From assembly GCA_030606565.1 (NCBI GenBank), contig JAUWGE010000001.1, forward strand, positions 4,478 to 68,477: a stretch of DNA of 64,000 nucleotides, in the 5' to 3' direction. The position numbers were made by a program, and so were the translations under genes. This document shows, one piece after another, positions 16,966 to 26,439 of this stretch (position 1 is the first letter of the stretch; the number at the start of each line of letters is the position of its first letter). The stretch is from Candidatus Bipolaricaulota bacterium (GTDB lineage Bacteria; Bipolaricaulota; Bipolaricaulia; UBA7950; UBA9294). The notes beneath the pieces were generated by a model. It searched no databases and was not told where the DNA came from. It saw only the letters and a program-made list of their open reading frames with translations.

Positions 16966-18042
16966 ATGGAGTTCATCGATCTTCGTAGCGACACCGTGAC
17001 CAAGCCAACGCGTGGGATGCGCCAGGCGATGGTGCAGGCGAAGGTGGGTGACGATGTCTACGACGAGGACCCCACGGTCAACCGCCTGCAGGAGATGGCG
17101 GCCTCGATGCTCGGCAAGGAAGCGTGCCTGTTCGTCGCCAGTGGAACGATGGGAAACATCGTGGCAATTCTCACCCACGGCGGACGCGGCGATGAGATGA
17201 TCCTGGGGAACCTGTCACACACCTTCCTTTACGAGGGAGGCGCAGCGGCCGGGCTGGCGGGAATCCATTCTCATACCCTTTCAAATCGACCGGATGGGAC
17301 GATCCCAATTGAGGCTATCGAGGAGGCGATTCGCGCGGATAACGTTCACTTTCCCCGCACGCGCCTGATCTGCCTTGAGAACACGCATAACCGCTGTGGA
17401 GGAGCGATCCTCACGCCGGAGTACTGCGACGCGGTCGGCCAACTTGCTCGCAGCCGTGGGATCGCCGTTCACCTTGATGGAGCGCGTCTGTTAAACGCCG
17501 CCATCGCCTTGGGAATCGAGCCGTTAAAACTGACCCGCAGTGTCGACTCGGTGATGGTCTGTCTGTCCAAGGGGTTAGGTGCTCCGGTTGGTTCCCTTTT
17601 GTGTGGGTCGCGCGAGTTCATCCTTAAAGCAAAACGGATGCGAAAGATCGTCGGGGGAGGAATGCGCCAAGTCGGGATCATCGCTGCTGCAGGGGTCTAT
17701 GCCCTGGAGCATAACATCGACCGACTGGCAGAGGACCACAAGAATGCTTCCCGCCTCGCCGAAGGGATCAACACACTCCATGGACTCACCTGCGGGGCAG
17801 AGGGTGATACCACACAGCCTGTAAAGACAAACCTCGTCTATTTTAAAGTCGACGGGGCGGCGGTGGGAGACCCCTCACTTGACGCCCGTGTACTATCAAA
17901 GCGCCTGCGAACACATGGGGTACTTGCCAATCCCCTTGGTAGCGACCCTAACCAGATGCGCATGGTCACCCACCTCGATGTGACGGCCCAGGGCATCGAG
18001 GAGGCACTTTTCGCCCTTAAGTCATCTCTTAAAAAGACATAG
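16966..18042 (+). CDS. ltaE: Low-specificity L-threonine aldolase
   Basis: MEFIDLRSDTVTKPTRGMRQAM...DDVYDEDPTVNRLQE... matches the threonine aldolase signature. An AAGGAG RBS lies upstream. Confidence 0.9.
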   Translation: MEFIDLRSDTVTKPTRGMRQAMVQAKVGDDVYDEDPTVNRLQEMAASMLGKEACLFVASGTMGNIVAILTHGGRGDEMILGNLSHTFLYEGGAAAGLAGIHSHTLSNRPDGTIPIEAIEEAIRADNVHFPRTRLICLENTHNRCGGAILTPEYCDAVGQLARSRGIAVHLDGARLLNAAIALGIEPLKLTRSVDSVMVCLSKGLGAPVGSLLCGSREFILKAKRMRKIVGGGMRQVGIIAAAGVYALEHNIDRLAEDHKNASRLAEGINTLHGLTCGAEGDTTQPVKTNLVYFKVDGAAVGDPSLDARVLSKRLRTHGVLANPLGSDPNQMRMVTHLDVTAQGIEEALFALKSSLKKT

Positions 18043-18181
18043 GTCCGCATCAGTTAAGAAATAGATCTACTCGCCTTGAGAACTATGGGCTACGCTTTAC
18101 GGAAGAAAGCCCTTAGGCTAGCCTTACCGGGTGGTGAGGGCACTTCCTTAGAGGAGCTGCCCTTCCCTAACTCCCAAGACT

Positions 18182-19000
18182 GTGGAAAAGGGGGAGATGA
18201 TGAAGGGGCTAGTGACTGTTGGGGCTGTTCTGATCCTCTGGGCAGCCATGCTCATCGCAGGGCCAATAGAAATCTACTTCAGCGGAGGCCCATCTGCGGC
18301 CGCCCTTAGCGAGATCAACGCGATCAAAGATCGAATAAACGCGATCATTACTCTGCTCAACGATGACATTGCCCTCCTGCCGGAGATCGAGATCACCGAA
18401 GAGGTGGGGTTACTGGACGATATGGGCAGTGGGATCGCCTACCAGGCAGGGGAGAGGCTCTGGCTTTCTGATCGGTTCGCCCTCGGTGGAAAGATCGAGG
18501 TTTTCCGTGTATCGACCTCGACCGCTGGGGTCTACACCTCGAGTGAGACCTCCGAGATCTCGATCGATCTTAATTGCTACGCCGTCGGGTTCTTGGTGAG
18601 CGGCCGCTACGACTTCCTTGATGCCGGTGTGATCCTTTCGGCCGACCTAGGACTCGGCTATTACTACTCCGGCTTCAATCGGGCGATCACCTTCCAGATT
18701 CCCCCGGAGTATCCGAAGGCCATAGCAGGGCTCCCCCCTGAGGGCGAGGGCCGCTATAGCGGTTACAACCTCGGCTTTGAGGGAGGTCTGTCACTTTTCT
18801 TTCCCATCACCGATTGGTTGGAGGTTGGCTCATCTCTCTTCTACCGCTCCCTTACGCTAGGAGGGATGAGAGACCGGGAGGGAAACAGTTTAGATCTAGA
18901 TGGAGACGGTACCCCGGAGAAGGTTGATCTCGGTGGAATCACCGTGCAGTTTACCTTCTCCTTGGTCATTGATCTTAACCCTGAAGGGAAAAAGGAGTGA
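18182..19000 (+). CDS. Secreted hypothetical protein (beta-rich)
   Basis: A signal peptide or anchor MMKGLVTVGAVLILWAAMLIAG is present. No recognisable catalytic motifs were found. Confidence 0.4.
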   Translation: MEKGEMMKGLVTVGAVLILWAAMLIAGPIEIYFSGGPSAAALSEINAIKDRINAIITLLNDDIALLPEIEITEEVGLLDDMGSGIAYQAGERLWLSDRFALGGKIEVFRVSTSTAGVYTSSETSEISIDLNCYAVGFLVSGRYDFLDAGVILSADLGLGYYYSGFNRAITFQIPPEYPKAIAGLPPEGEGRYSGYNLGFEGGLSLFFPITDWLEVGSSLFYRSLTLGGMRDREGNSLDLDGDGTPEKVDLGGITVQFTFSLVIDLNPEGKKE

Positions 19001-19005
19001 TATTA

Positions 19006-19670
19006 TGAGGAGTGCGAGTTTCTACCTTCTTTTAGGATTGATCCTCCTCGTCGTTGTTGCCATTACAGGTTGCCTTGGGGTGAAGTCTGGCGAACCTCAG
19101 GCCCTGTTCACCGCTTCGCCGGTGAAGCACATTATTCCGTTCACGGCCAACTTCGATGGAACCCTCTCTTACGACCCCGATGGACGGATCGTCTCCTACA
19201 TGTGGAACTTTGGGGACGGTGCCGCTGCGGAGGGACCACAGACCGCACACGTCTACGAGGAGGACGGAGAGTATACGGTTTTACTGACCGTGGTTGACAA
19301 CCAGGGAATCTCCGGTTCAATTTCCCTTATGGTGCAAGCGCTCAACCCACCGCCTTCCGCCACCTTCTTCTACAGACCCAAGAGCAAGATGGGTGATAAG
19401 TACATCGTGGGGATGTATGAGTTGATCACCTTCAACGCCTCGGAATCAACCGACGATGGAGAGGTTATCGCCTACGACTGGAACTTTGGGGACGGGGAGA
19501 CCGCTCAGGGCGAGGTTGTAGAGCACCGCTACCTCTGCGCGGGCACCTACAAAGTCGTCCTTATCGTCACTGACGATGACGGCGGAAAGACAAAATACGT
19601 TGATTGGATCAACATCCTTGGAGAGCAGCCCTGCAACGGCGTCTGCCCAGGAGAAGGGAGTTGCCGATGA
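19006..19670 (+). CDS. Lipoprotein with two PKD domains
   Basis: A lipobox ...AITGC is present. Two WNFGDG (PKD W-x-FGDG) signatures are present. ATG follows a GGAG RBS. Confidence 0.75.
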
Positions 19671-20677
19671 AGAAAACGATTCTTGTCCTGCTTCTCCTTG
19701 TGCCACTGTTCCTGACTGGATGCAGCTTAAATGACATCATGAGCGGCCTGGTGAACCAGGTTCCAGAAGCGGTGATCGATGCCTCTCCCAGGGAGGGGGA
19801 TGCCCCGCTGACGGTGAAATTCGATGCCAGTTACTCTCACGACGATGGAACGATCGCGAGCTACCATTGGGACTTCGGCGATCCACATGACACTGTGCCA
19901 GCGAGCGAGGCCGTTGCCTCCCATAGCTACACCCTGCCTAGGAACTACCTTGTTAAGCTGACCGTGATCGACGACAAAGGTGAGATAGGCTGCGAGAAGA
20001 TTGCAATTATAGTTAAAAACCCACCACCGGTGGCGAGCTTCACGGTGAGTAACGAGCTCCCCCGCGCCGGAGAGACCGTGATATTTGATGCTTCCGAATC
20101 CTACGACTCAAACGGTGAGATTGTCAGTTACGCCTGGAAGTTCGGTGATGGCAACACCGGTAGCGACGTTTGGACTAGTCACGCCTACATGAAAGATGGT
20201 GACTACGATATCACCCTCACCGTCACTGACAATGCGGGGGCGATGGGTAAAGCGCGCCAACGTAGGATCACCGTGCAAGAAGGAAGCGGCGGGTGCCCTG
20301 GAGACTCCTGTGGGATTAGCGGTGACCGTCCATTAGCTGTGATCACTGTGATCACAGGGCCTCACTCCTGTCAAGATTGGAAAGTCGGCGTCCCGATCGA
20401 GTTTGACGGAAGCTTCTCTCGCGCCGCTGAAGGAACGATCATCCGCCATGCGTGGGACTTCGGGGATGGCGAGAGCGCTGTTGGCGCACGGGTGAGCCAC
20501 GCCTATCAGCAGGCCGGCTCGTTCACCGTCACTCTTACCGTCACCGACGATGAAGGACGACGGTCATCAGCCCATCGGGACAAGCTGCTACTAGTTGAAG
20601 AAAGCGTTCAGCTTTCAGCTGTCAGCGCTCAGCTATCAGCAAATAGTCTCGGCAGATGGGATTTTCCTGAGGGCTGA
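19667..20677 (+). CDS. Lipoprotein with three PKD domains; last ~28 codons encoded by a palindromic repeat element
   Basis: The signal peptide is MKKTILVLLLLVPLFLTGC. Three PKD signatures are present: WDFGD, WKFGDG and WDFGDG. The start overlaps the upstream stop (ATGA). Confidence 0.75.
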   Translation: MKKTILVLLLLVPLFLTGCSLNDIMSGLVNQVPEAVIDASPREGDAPLTVKFDASYSHDDGTIASYHWDFGDPHDTVPASEAVASHSYTLPRNYLVKLTVIDDKGEIGCEKIAIIVKNPPPVASFTVSNELPRAGETVIFDASESYDSNGEIVSYAWKFGDGNTGSDVWTSHAYMKDGDYDITLTVTDNAGAMGKARQRRITVQEGSGGCPGDSCGISGDRPLAVITVITGPHSCQDWKVGVPIEFDGSFSRAAEGTIIRHAWDFGDGESAVGARVSHAYQQAGSFTVTLTVTDDEGRRSSAHRDKLLLVEESVQLSAVSAQLSANSLGRWDFPEG

Positions 20678-20716
20678 CTGCTGAACGCTTCTTTCTTCCT
20701 GATCGCTGATAGCTAA
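20597..20716. repeat. ~120-bp palindromic interspersed element (copy 1 of 2), GCTGAnn-rich arms
   Basis: gaagaaagcgttcagctttcagctgtcagcgctcagctatcagc...gctgactgctgaacgcttctttcttcctgatcgctgatagct. It is ~85% identical to 51258..51368. The arms are inverted repeats. Confidence 0.6.
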
Positions 20717-20842
20717 ATGCCAAGTGTCGGACACAGGTTCCTCCGCTACGAATGCCCTCCTTCGATGTTTTATTTCGTCGTGCAATAACAGGCCTTGTGA
20801 CGTAGAATTGACTTAGGTAACGACGAGAGGGTGAGTTTGAAA

Positions 20843-21445
20843 ATGAAAGTTCGATCGGCTCTTTTACTATTGGGCGTCGTGGTTGCCCTGACCGGCTGTC
20901 TCTTTCAAAGCATTCCCCGCGCCGATTTCACTCCTACCCCCTCAAGCGGCTACCCACCGCTTACGGTGCACTTCGATGCGAGTGCCTCGAGGAGCCCCAA
21001 TGGGCCCATCGTATCATACGATTGGGACTTTGACGATGGAGAAGAATCAAGCGGGGTGACGGTCGACCACACGTTTACGGTGAAGAGGATATATCGGGTT
21101 ACCCTTACTGTGACCGATTCCGAAGGAAAAGTGGGAACGCTCTACCGCAATGTCCAGGCCCTGAGTCTTCCCCCTGTTGCTGACTTTGATTACTGGCCCT
21201 ACCTACCAACCAAGCAGACCCCGGTGGAGTTCGATGCGCGTGAATCCTACGATCCCGATGGGGAGATCGACGAGTGGATCTGGTCGTTCGGGGACGGCAC
21301 CTCGGGCTGGGGAGAGATCACCGAGCACCTCTTTCCCACGGCAGGGATCACGTATTCCGTCACCCTGACCGTGATCGACGATGACAATGTGGAAAACTCC
21401 ATTACAAAGCCCGTGTGGGTCGTCGGCTGCGAGGGCTGCGGCTGA
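20843..21445 (+). CDS. Lipoprotein with two PKD domains
   Basis: The signal peptide is MKVRSALLLLGVVVALTGC. Signatures WDFDDG and WSFGDG are present. Confidence 0.7.
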   Translation: MKVRSALLLLGVVVALTGCLFQSIPRADFTPTPSSGYPPLTVHFDASASRSPNGPIVSYDWDFDDGEESSGVTVDHTFTVKRIYRVTLTVTDSEGKVGTLYRNVQALSLPPVADFDYWPYLPTKQTPVEFDARESYDPDGEIDEWIWSFGDGTSGWGEITEHLFPTAGITYSVTLTVIDDDNVENSITKPVWVVGCEGCG

Positions 21446-21627
21446 TAGGTAACACCGAGTTTCCGGTCCGACGTTTCCCCTCAGCTGGGCGCACCCTGCG
21501 TTCGGTCTTAGACGCTTGGGTTCAGATCCATTCCCTCTGGGGCTCTCACACCTCGACACTTGTAGGTCCTTCCGAGCGCTGCACAGCTAGGTGCTCTTCG
21601 GTAGTTGATCCTCGTTCGCCTCGCAAG

Positions 21628-22632
21628 CTATTCTCTAGGCGAGAGTATCCCAAATTCAGCGGAGAGGATGTGTGTGTCACCTTCCAAACCGCCTGCACTC
21701 CCCTTCAAGTAGGCGTAATCGATAGTCAGACCTTCCCATGGATTTATTCCAAGCCCAGCGCTCAACCGTCTTGTCCCATCGCGCCAAACGATAAACCCTC
21801 CGCGCAGTGCAAGCTGACTCACAGGGAGAACCTCTACACCCAAGTGTAGCCGATCCAGATTGGAATAACGGGGCAAGTCAGAATGTGGGGCTGCAGGCGA
21901 AAAATCGATATCTAGAGCTAGCATGAGCTTGCTGTCAAGAAGGAGAGCCGTTGCCCCAACCCTGACAATCCAGGGGACATAATTGTCTGGGTTATGAGCC
22001 GTCCCTCGCCAGCGTACGGTCGTCTCCAAAGTGTCTGTAGAGACAATCCCGACCGAGACCGGAATATCATCCAATGCTCCCTTGAAGAGAAGCCCAAGGT
22101 CAAATCCCAATCCACTCCCAACACCATAGAGGATAGTTTCTCGATAGTACTTCACGTTACCCCCGAGCGAGGCGGTCCAATTCTCCGCTATTTCGAGAAG
22201 CCAAGAAACAGAAGCAAGAAAGAGGGATTGGTCTGCGTCAAAGGTTCCTCCACCGTCATCCCCTGTGTATGGGATGCCAGAGACGGTATGGTTTATCCAG
22301 GTAATTCCCACTCCAAGGGAGGAAAGGCTTCCCGTTTGAACAGGTTTTGCTAACAGACTCAAATCCTGGAACTTTATGTCCGAAATCCCAAACCTTCCCC
22401 CAACAACGCACATACCCCCCACATGGTATCCCTCCAAATAGCCAATCCCGGCCGGATTCCAGAACCCAGCGGAAGCATCGTCCGCTGTGGCAACGAAAGT
22501 TCCTCCCATCGCAAGGGCGCGGGCACCGATTCCATCGCGAGCAAAGCTTCCTGCGTCCGTTCCCTCTCCGAGTGTGCTCAAGCTCAGGCCAACCAACAAG
22601 ACACCCACCAAACAGATAAATCTCTTCCGCAT
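21628..22632 (-). CDS. PorV/PorQ-like outer-membrane beta-barrel protein (putative)
   Basis: A signal peptide is followed by GARALAMGGTFVATADDASAGFWNPAGIG. It is a paralog of 44178..45128. The gene lies immediately downstream of the S8 protease that carries the sorting-type C-terminal domain. Confidence 0.45.
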   Translation of the reverse strand: MRKRFICLVGVLLVGLSLSTLGEGTDAGSFARDGIGARALAMGGTFVATADDASAGFWNPAGIGYLEGYHVGGMCVVGGRFGISDIKFQDLSLLAKPVQTGSLSSLGVGITWINHTVSGIPYTGDDGGGTFDADQSLFLASVSWLLEIAENWTASLGGNVKYYRETILYGVGSGLGFDLGLLFKGALDDIPVSVGIVSTDTLETTVRWRGTAHNPDNYVPWIVRVGATALLLDSKLMLALDIDFSPAAPHSDLPRYSNLDRLHLGVEVLPVSQLALRGGFIVWRDGTRRLSAGLGINPWEGLTIDYAYLKGSAGGLEGDTHILSAEFGILSPRE

Positions 22633-22820
22633 AAGTTCCTCCTGAAAAAGCGATGCTGTAATCTTACCCCCTGACGTTGATAATGCCAGAGAAGGTCCTC
22701 GGTCTTAAAGAAAAGCCCGCTGAAGTGGGATACTCCAGGGAGGTTAATGTACCCTGCCACCTCAGGATCGCAAGCTCCTTTATCTCACTCCCAACCCTGA
22801 GGCAAGGCACGCTTACCACA

Positions 22821-25310
22821 TCACCGCAAGATGACCAACTTTTCTAGCCCCGTAGTGACCCATTCGTCCCCGATCTTCACCTGGGCCCGGTAGAGATACA
22901 CGCCGTTACTCAGGTATTCACCTAGCGTGTCATGGGTGAACCAGGGCAGGACGGGCATGTCGGTCTCGCCCTGCCACACGAGCCGCCCAGCAAGGTCGTA
23001 GATCTCAACCCGCAGACCCTCGACATTACAGTGGCAAACGCCTTGCACCCAGAACGTCATTGCAAGCTCGGTCGTCACTGGGTTCGGCATGTTTACCACC
23101 CTCAGGGTGGCAAGCTCATAGGAAGACGCCTTTGGCATCGGAGGAAGATCAGCAGGCACCACAAGAGCCTTGGGAGCCATCGGCGCGAACGTCGCACTTA
23201 CCGGTGTACCAGAAGCGTAGTTAAGCTTCAGGCTGAGGCCAGAGACCTCCGCCCGCACCCAGTAACCATACCACGGATCGAGCGTAGACGGTGTGTTGTA
23301 ATCACCGTCGGTTGCCTTGTAACCGTAGATGTCGTCGCGGACCCAACCGGCGGCTGCCGCATCGGCCCAGGACTTGGTCTGGGTTCCGCAACACACGGAA
23401 CTCCGTATCACCTGGATTGCGCTCTTCGGGTAGCTCCATGGCGCGCTGATCTGGTGCCAGCCTGCGGTCGAGATGTCGAGCGTGACATCGGTTGTGACCT
23501 GATCACCTCTATCGGTGACGCTCTTGCTCGCTGGCAGGTACACCCAGTAGCCTTCAGCGGGTTCGATCATGGTGACCATGTCGTACTCACCCGTTGCTGG
23601 GTTCCAGCGGTAGGCGGCAGTGCCGTAAAGGTTAGACGATGATCCGCCATTCAGCGGGACGGAGGCCATGTACCAACCAGGGGCTGCACCATAGGTGTGG
23701 GTATTTCCGGGCGTTATGCTCAAGGGCAGGTAAAGGCGTCCATGACCGTACAGGTTGTCTTTTCCCAAAGTCCCTATATCTACAGCGTTTGATTCCAACC
23801 ACTCTCGCACGCCGGTCGCACTCCAACTCTGATACTTCGACCATAGTAAGGCCGCCGCGCCAGCCACCTGTGGCGAGGCGGCAGAAGTCCCGTAGAAAGC
23901 TGTCTCATAGGACATTCCTGACACCCCATCCGCGCCACAGATATCCGGCTTGGTGATGGAAGCGGCGTGTTGACTATTGTTGGTGGGGCCTTGTGAGCTG
24001 AACGGCTCCTGTGGGCCGGTCTGCCAATCGTGCCAATCGATCACTCCCACAGTGAATACAAACGGGGCGTTCGCCGGAGCGGCGATGGAGCTGCACTCTA
24101 CAGAATACTCTAGAGGAAGATCGTAAGGCTTGCAGAAAAGCTCCATTCGCGGGTGTGCCGGTGCACTATATACCTGTATCGCCACCCCGTAGTTATCGGA
24201 AGCCGGCGCTGTGTACTCGATGATCTCGCTCGGCTCCTGCGTACCACCCTGATAATTCTCCGACGAAGCAACAATATCCCCCACCCCGTTTACCAAAAAC
24301 AGATCATAGTCTTGATCGCTACTTGGCCAGCCGTCCCAGGTGAGATACAGCCCGATCGTCTCGCCCATCTCGAGGTAGAAGCCGTTCTCCTCATCCAAAG
24401 GGGCAAGATCCAACCACCCATCAGCATCGGCATCATGCCAGTCGCCCTCCCAGTGCCCGCCGGCCGCCGAGTTTCCCGCCGCATTCACCCACAGGATGCC
24501 ACTATCCACCGCTTGGGCGACGATCTCCGGGATCAATCCTGTCCCATCATAGAAGTTGGTGTTGAACCACCCCATCGAGTGGGTGATCACATTTACACCA
24601 TGAGAAATGGCATCGGAGACGGCATTGGCGAGGTCCACATCGCTATCGATCTTCATCAAGAGAAGCTCCGCCGCTGGGGCCATATCGTGGACGATCTCCG
24701 CACAGGCCGTCCCGTGCACGCTGTCCGTCTCCAGTCCCTCACCGGTGTAGTCATGAGTGAAGGTGACATGCGCAAGCTCCCCCGCTGACAACGCCTCGGT
24801 GAGGCCGTCAAATCCTCCATCGATCACGGCTACACGGATCCCCTGGCCACGGTAGCCCGCTTGCTGCCAAGCTTGCGCCCCACTCAGTTCTACCCCTTCT
24901 GAAACAACAAGAGGGACCGGACGATACGGCCGCCGCACAAATCTCACTCCGGGAAGACGGGCAAGTTCTATCAGACATACAGCGGGAATCTCTACCTCCA
25001 GCATATTCAACGCATCGGCCCGCGAAAGGACCTCACCCCCCAATCGCATGATTTCACTCGTAGAAAGAGGGCCATCTGTCGCCACCACCACACGAACATG
25101 ACCCTCTCGCCACATCATCCCCAACCCCCTAGCAAGCGTTTCTGCCTGAGTGAGTGTCTGCTGAGCCTCTTCTGCCAGCTGTTGCAGAGCCGTCTCCAGG
25201 GTGGGGATCATCTCCTCGGGAGGGATCGGCTTCTCTTGTTCACTGACACCCTGCAGTCCCGCACCCACAGCGACAACAAGGATCAGCACATACATAAGAA
25301 TCCTACGCAT
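22821..25310 (-). CDS. Subtilisin-like S8 peptidase with C-terminal conserved cassette and T9SS/FlgD-like C-terminal sorting domain
   Basis: The catalytic triad motifs are VAVIDGGFDG (Asp), HGTACAEIVHDMAP (His) and GTSAASPQVAGAAALL (Ser). The C-terminal ~200 aa are ~75% identical to the tail of 40605..43943. The terminal segment is ...IYDLAGRLVW...GVYLYRAQV...KLVILR. Confidence 0.85.
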   Translation of the reverse strand: MRRILMYVLILVVAVGAGLQGVSEQEKPIPPEEMIPTLETALQQLAEEAQQTLTQAETLARGLGMMWREGHVRVVVATDGPLSTSEIMRLGGEVLSRADALNMLEVEIPAVCLIELARLPGVRFVRRPYRPVPLVVSEGVELSGAQAWQQAGYRGQGIRVAVIDGGFDGLTEALSAGELAHVTFTHDYTGEGLETDSVHGTACAEIVHDMAPAAELLLMKIDSDVDLANAVSDAISHGVNVITHSMGWFNTNFYDGTGLIPEIVAQAVDSGILWVNAAGNSAAGGHWEGDWHDADADGWLDLAPLDEENGFYLEMGETIGLYLTWDGWPSSDQDYDLFLVNGVGDIVASSENYQGGTQEPSEIIEYTAPASDNYGVAIQVYSAPAHPRMELFCKPYDLPLEYSVECSSIAAPANAPFVFTVGVIDWHDWQTGPQEPFSSQGPTNNSQHAASITKPDICGADGVSGMSYETAFYGTSAASPQVAGAAALLWSKYQSWSATGVREWLESNAVDIGTLGKDNLYGHGRLYLPLSITPGNTHTYGAAPGWYMASVPLNGGSSSNLYGTAAYRWNPATGEYDMVTMIEPAEGYWVYLPASKSVTDRGDQVTTDVTLDISTAGWHQISAPWSYPKSAIQVIRSSVCCGTQTKSWADAAAAGWVRDDIYGYKATDGDYNTPSTLDPWYGYWVRAEVSGLSLKLNYASGTPVSATFAPMAPKALVVPADLPPMPKASSYELATLRVVNMPNPVTTELAMTFWVQGVCHCNVEGLRVEIYDLAGRLVWQGETDMPVLPWFTHDTLGEYLSNGVYLYRAQVKIGDEWVTTGLEKLVILR

Positions 25311-25361
25311 AGACTATCACCTCATCGATAGTTCCAGGTGATGTTATAACGGAGATGGATC

Positions 25362-25946
25362 GTGAGACAACTTCTCGCTACCATTACCAAGAGAAAGGAG
25401 GAGAGGACCCTGACGCGCAGAACGAAGTGGGCGGTAATCGGGTTTGTAGGACTTCTCTTGGTGTGTGGGGCCACTGCTGCAACGCTTCTATTCCTGAACG
25501 CGAATAAGCAGCCGCCCGTCGGCACCAAAATAAGAGAGACTGCTCCTTCCTTCACGTTGGAGGATCTCGACGGGGTGCCTGTCTCCCTTTCCGACTTTTA
25601 CGGCCGCGTGGTTATCCTGGAATTCTGGCAGACTTCTTGCCCGGATTGTCGTAAAGCTATGCCTCACTTAAAAACCTTATATGCCCGCTACAAGGACAAG
25701 GGACTGGTCTGGTTAGGGGTAAACCTTGACCACGACCCCGAGGTCGTAAAAGCGTACCTTAAAGACAGCGGATTTCTCGACCAGATCACCCTGTGGGGGT
25801 CCTTTTCCGCCGCGATGGATATTGTTGATCTCTTCGATGTAGATCTCGTGCCGCGCGCGCTTGTTATCGATCGCCGCGGGATCATCCGCTACATGGGAAC
25901 CTATCCAGATGAGCCAGAAGCCTCCGACATTGAACCCTGGTTGTAA
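25362..25946 (+). CDS. TlpA/ResA-like thiol-disulfide oxidoreductase (thioredoxin fold, membrane anchored)
   Basis: An N-terminal TM segment is present. A CxxC motif lies in VILEFWQTSCPDCRKAMP. Confidence 0.8.
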   Translation: MRQLLATITKRKEERTLTRRTKWAVIGFVGLLLVCGATAATLLFLNANKQPPVGTKIRETAPSFTLEDLDGVPVSLSDFYGRVVILEFWQTSCPDCRKAMPHLKTLYARYKDKGLVWLGVNLDHDPEVVKAYLKDSGFLDQITLWGSFSAAMDIVDLFDVDLVPRALVIDRRGIIRYMGTYPDEPEASDIEPWL

Positions 25947-26179
25947 CTAAAATCAGCCGTCAGTGATCAGCCATCAGCAGTCAGGAAAGAAGGAGCGATC
26001 AGGGAAAAGAAGTAATGAGTGATCAGGGGAAAAGACAGTCAGTAATCAGCCAAAAGAAGAAAAGGCGCTTTTAGCTGACGACTGAGTGCTGACGGCTTCT
26101 TCTTCGTGACGTTACGCTTGACGCACCGGTCTGCTATCCTTAGAATAGAAATTACAAACGTAATATAAATAGTATTCCT

Positions 26180-26437
26180 ATGAAGACAAAGACGATAACT
26201 GTGAAACTAGAAGACGAACTCGCGAACGCTGTAGAACGCATGCAGAAAGAGGCGGGTTTCCACAGCAAGAGCGAGATGATTCGCGAAGGGCTGAGAGTGT
26301 TAATCGCACGGGAACGCCACCGGAAACTAACAGAGAACCTCACGCGCTATCTGAGAGATCGCGAAGCCCTCGACGAAGCAGCCCAGGAGGTTGAAGAGCG
26401 AATACCGTCCACCGAAGAGGCGCTGAAACGGTCGTAG
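26180..26437 (+). CDS. Ribbon-helix-helix (CopG/ParD-like) antitoxin
   Basis: The RHH N-terminus is TITVKLEDELANAVERMQKEAGFHSKSEMIREGLRVLI. The gene lies immediately upstream of the MazF-like frame. Confidence 0.6.
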   Translation: MKTKTITVKLEDELANAVERMQKEAGFHSKSEMIREGLRVLIARERHRKLTENLTRYLRDREALDEAAQEVEERIPSTEEALKRS

Positions 26438-26439
26438 CC

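Noticed and set aside
18900-19005. Upstream extension of the first PKD lipoprotein ORF (starts at 18900)
   Set aside because: The extension overlaps the preceding gene in another frame. ATG 19006 has a GGAG RBS and begins a proper lipoprotein signal peptide.
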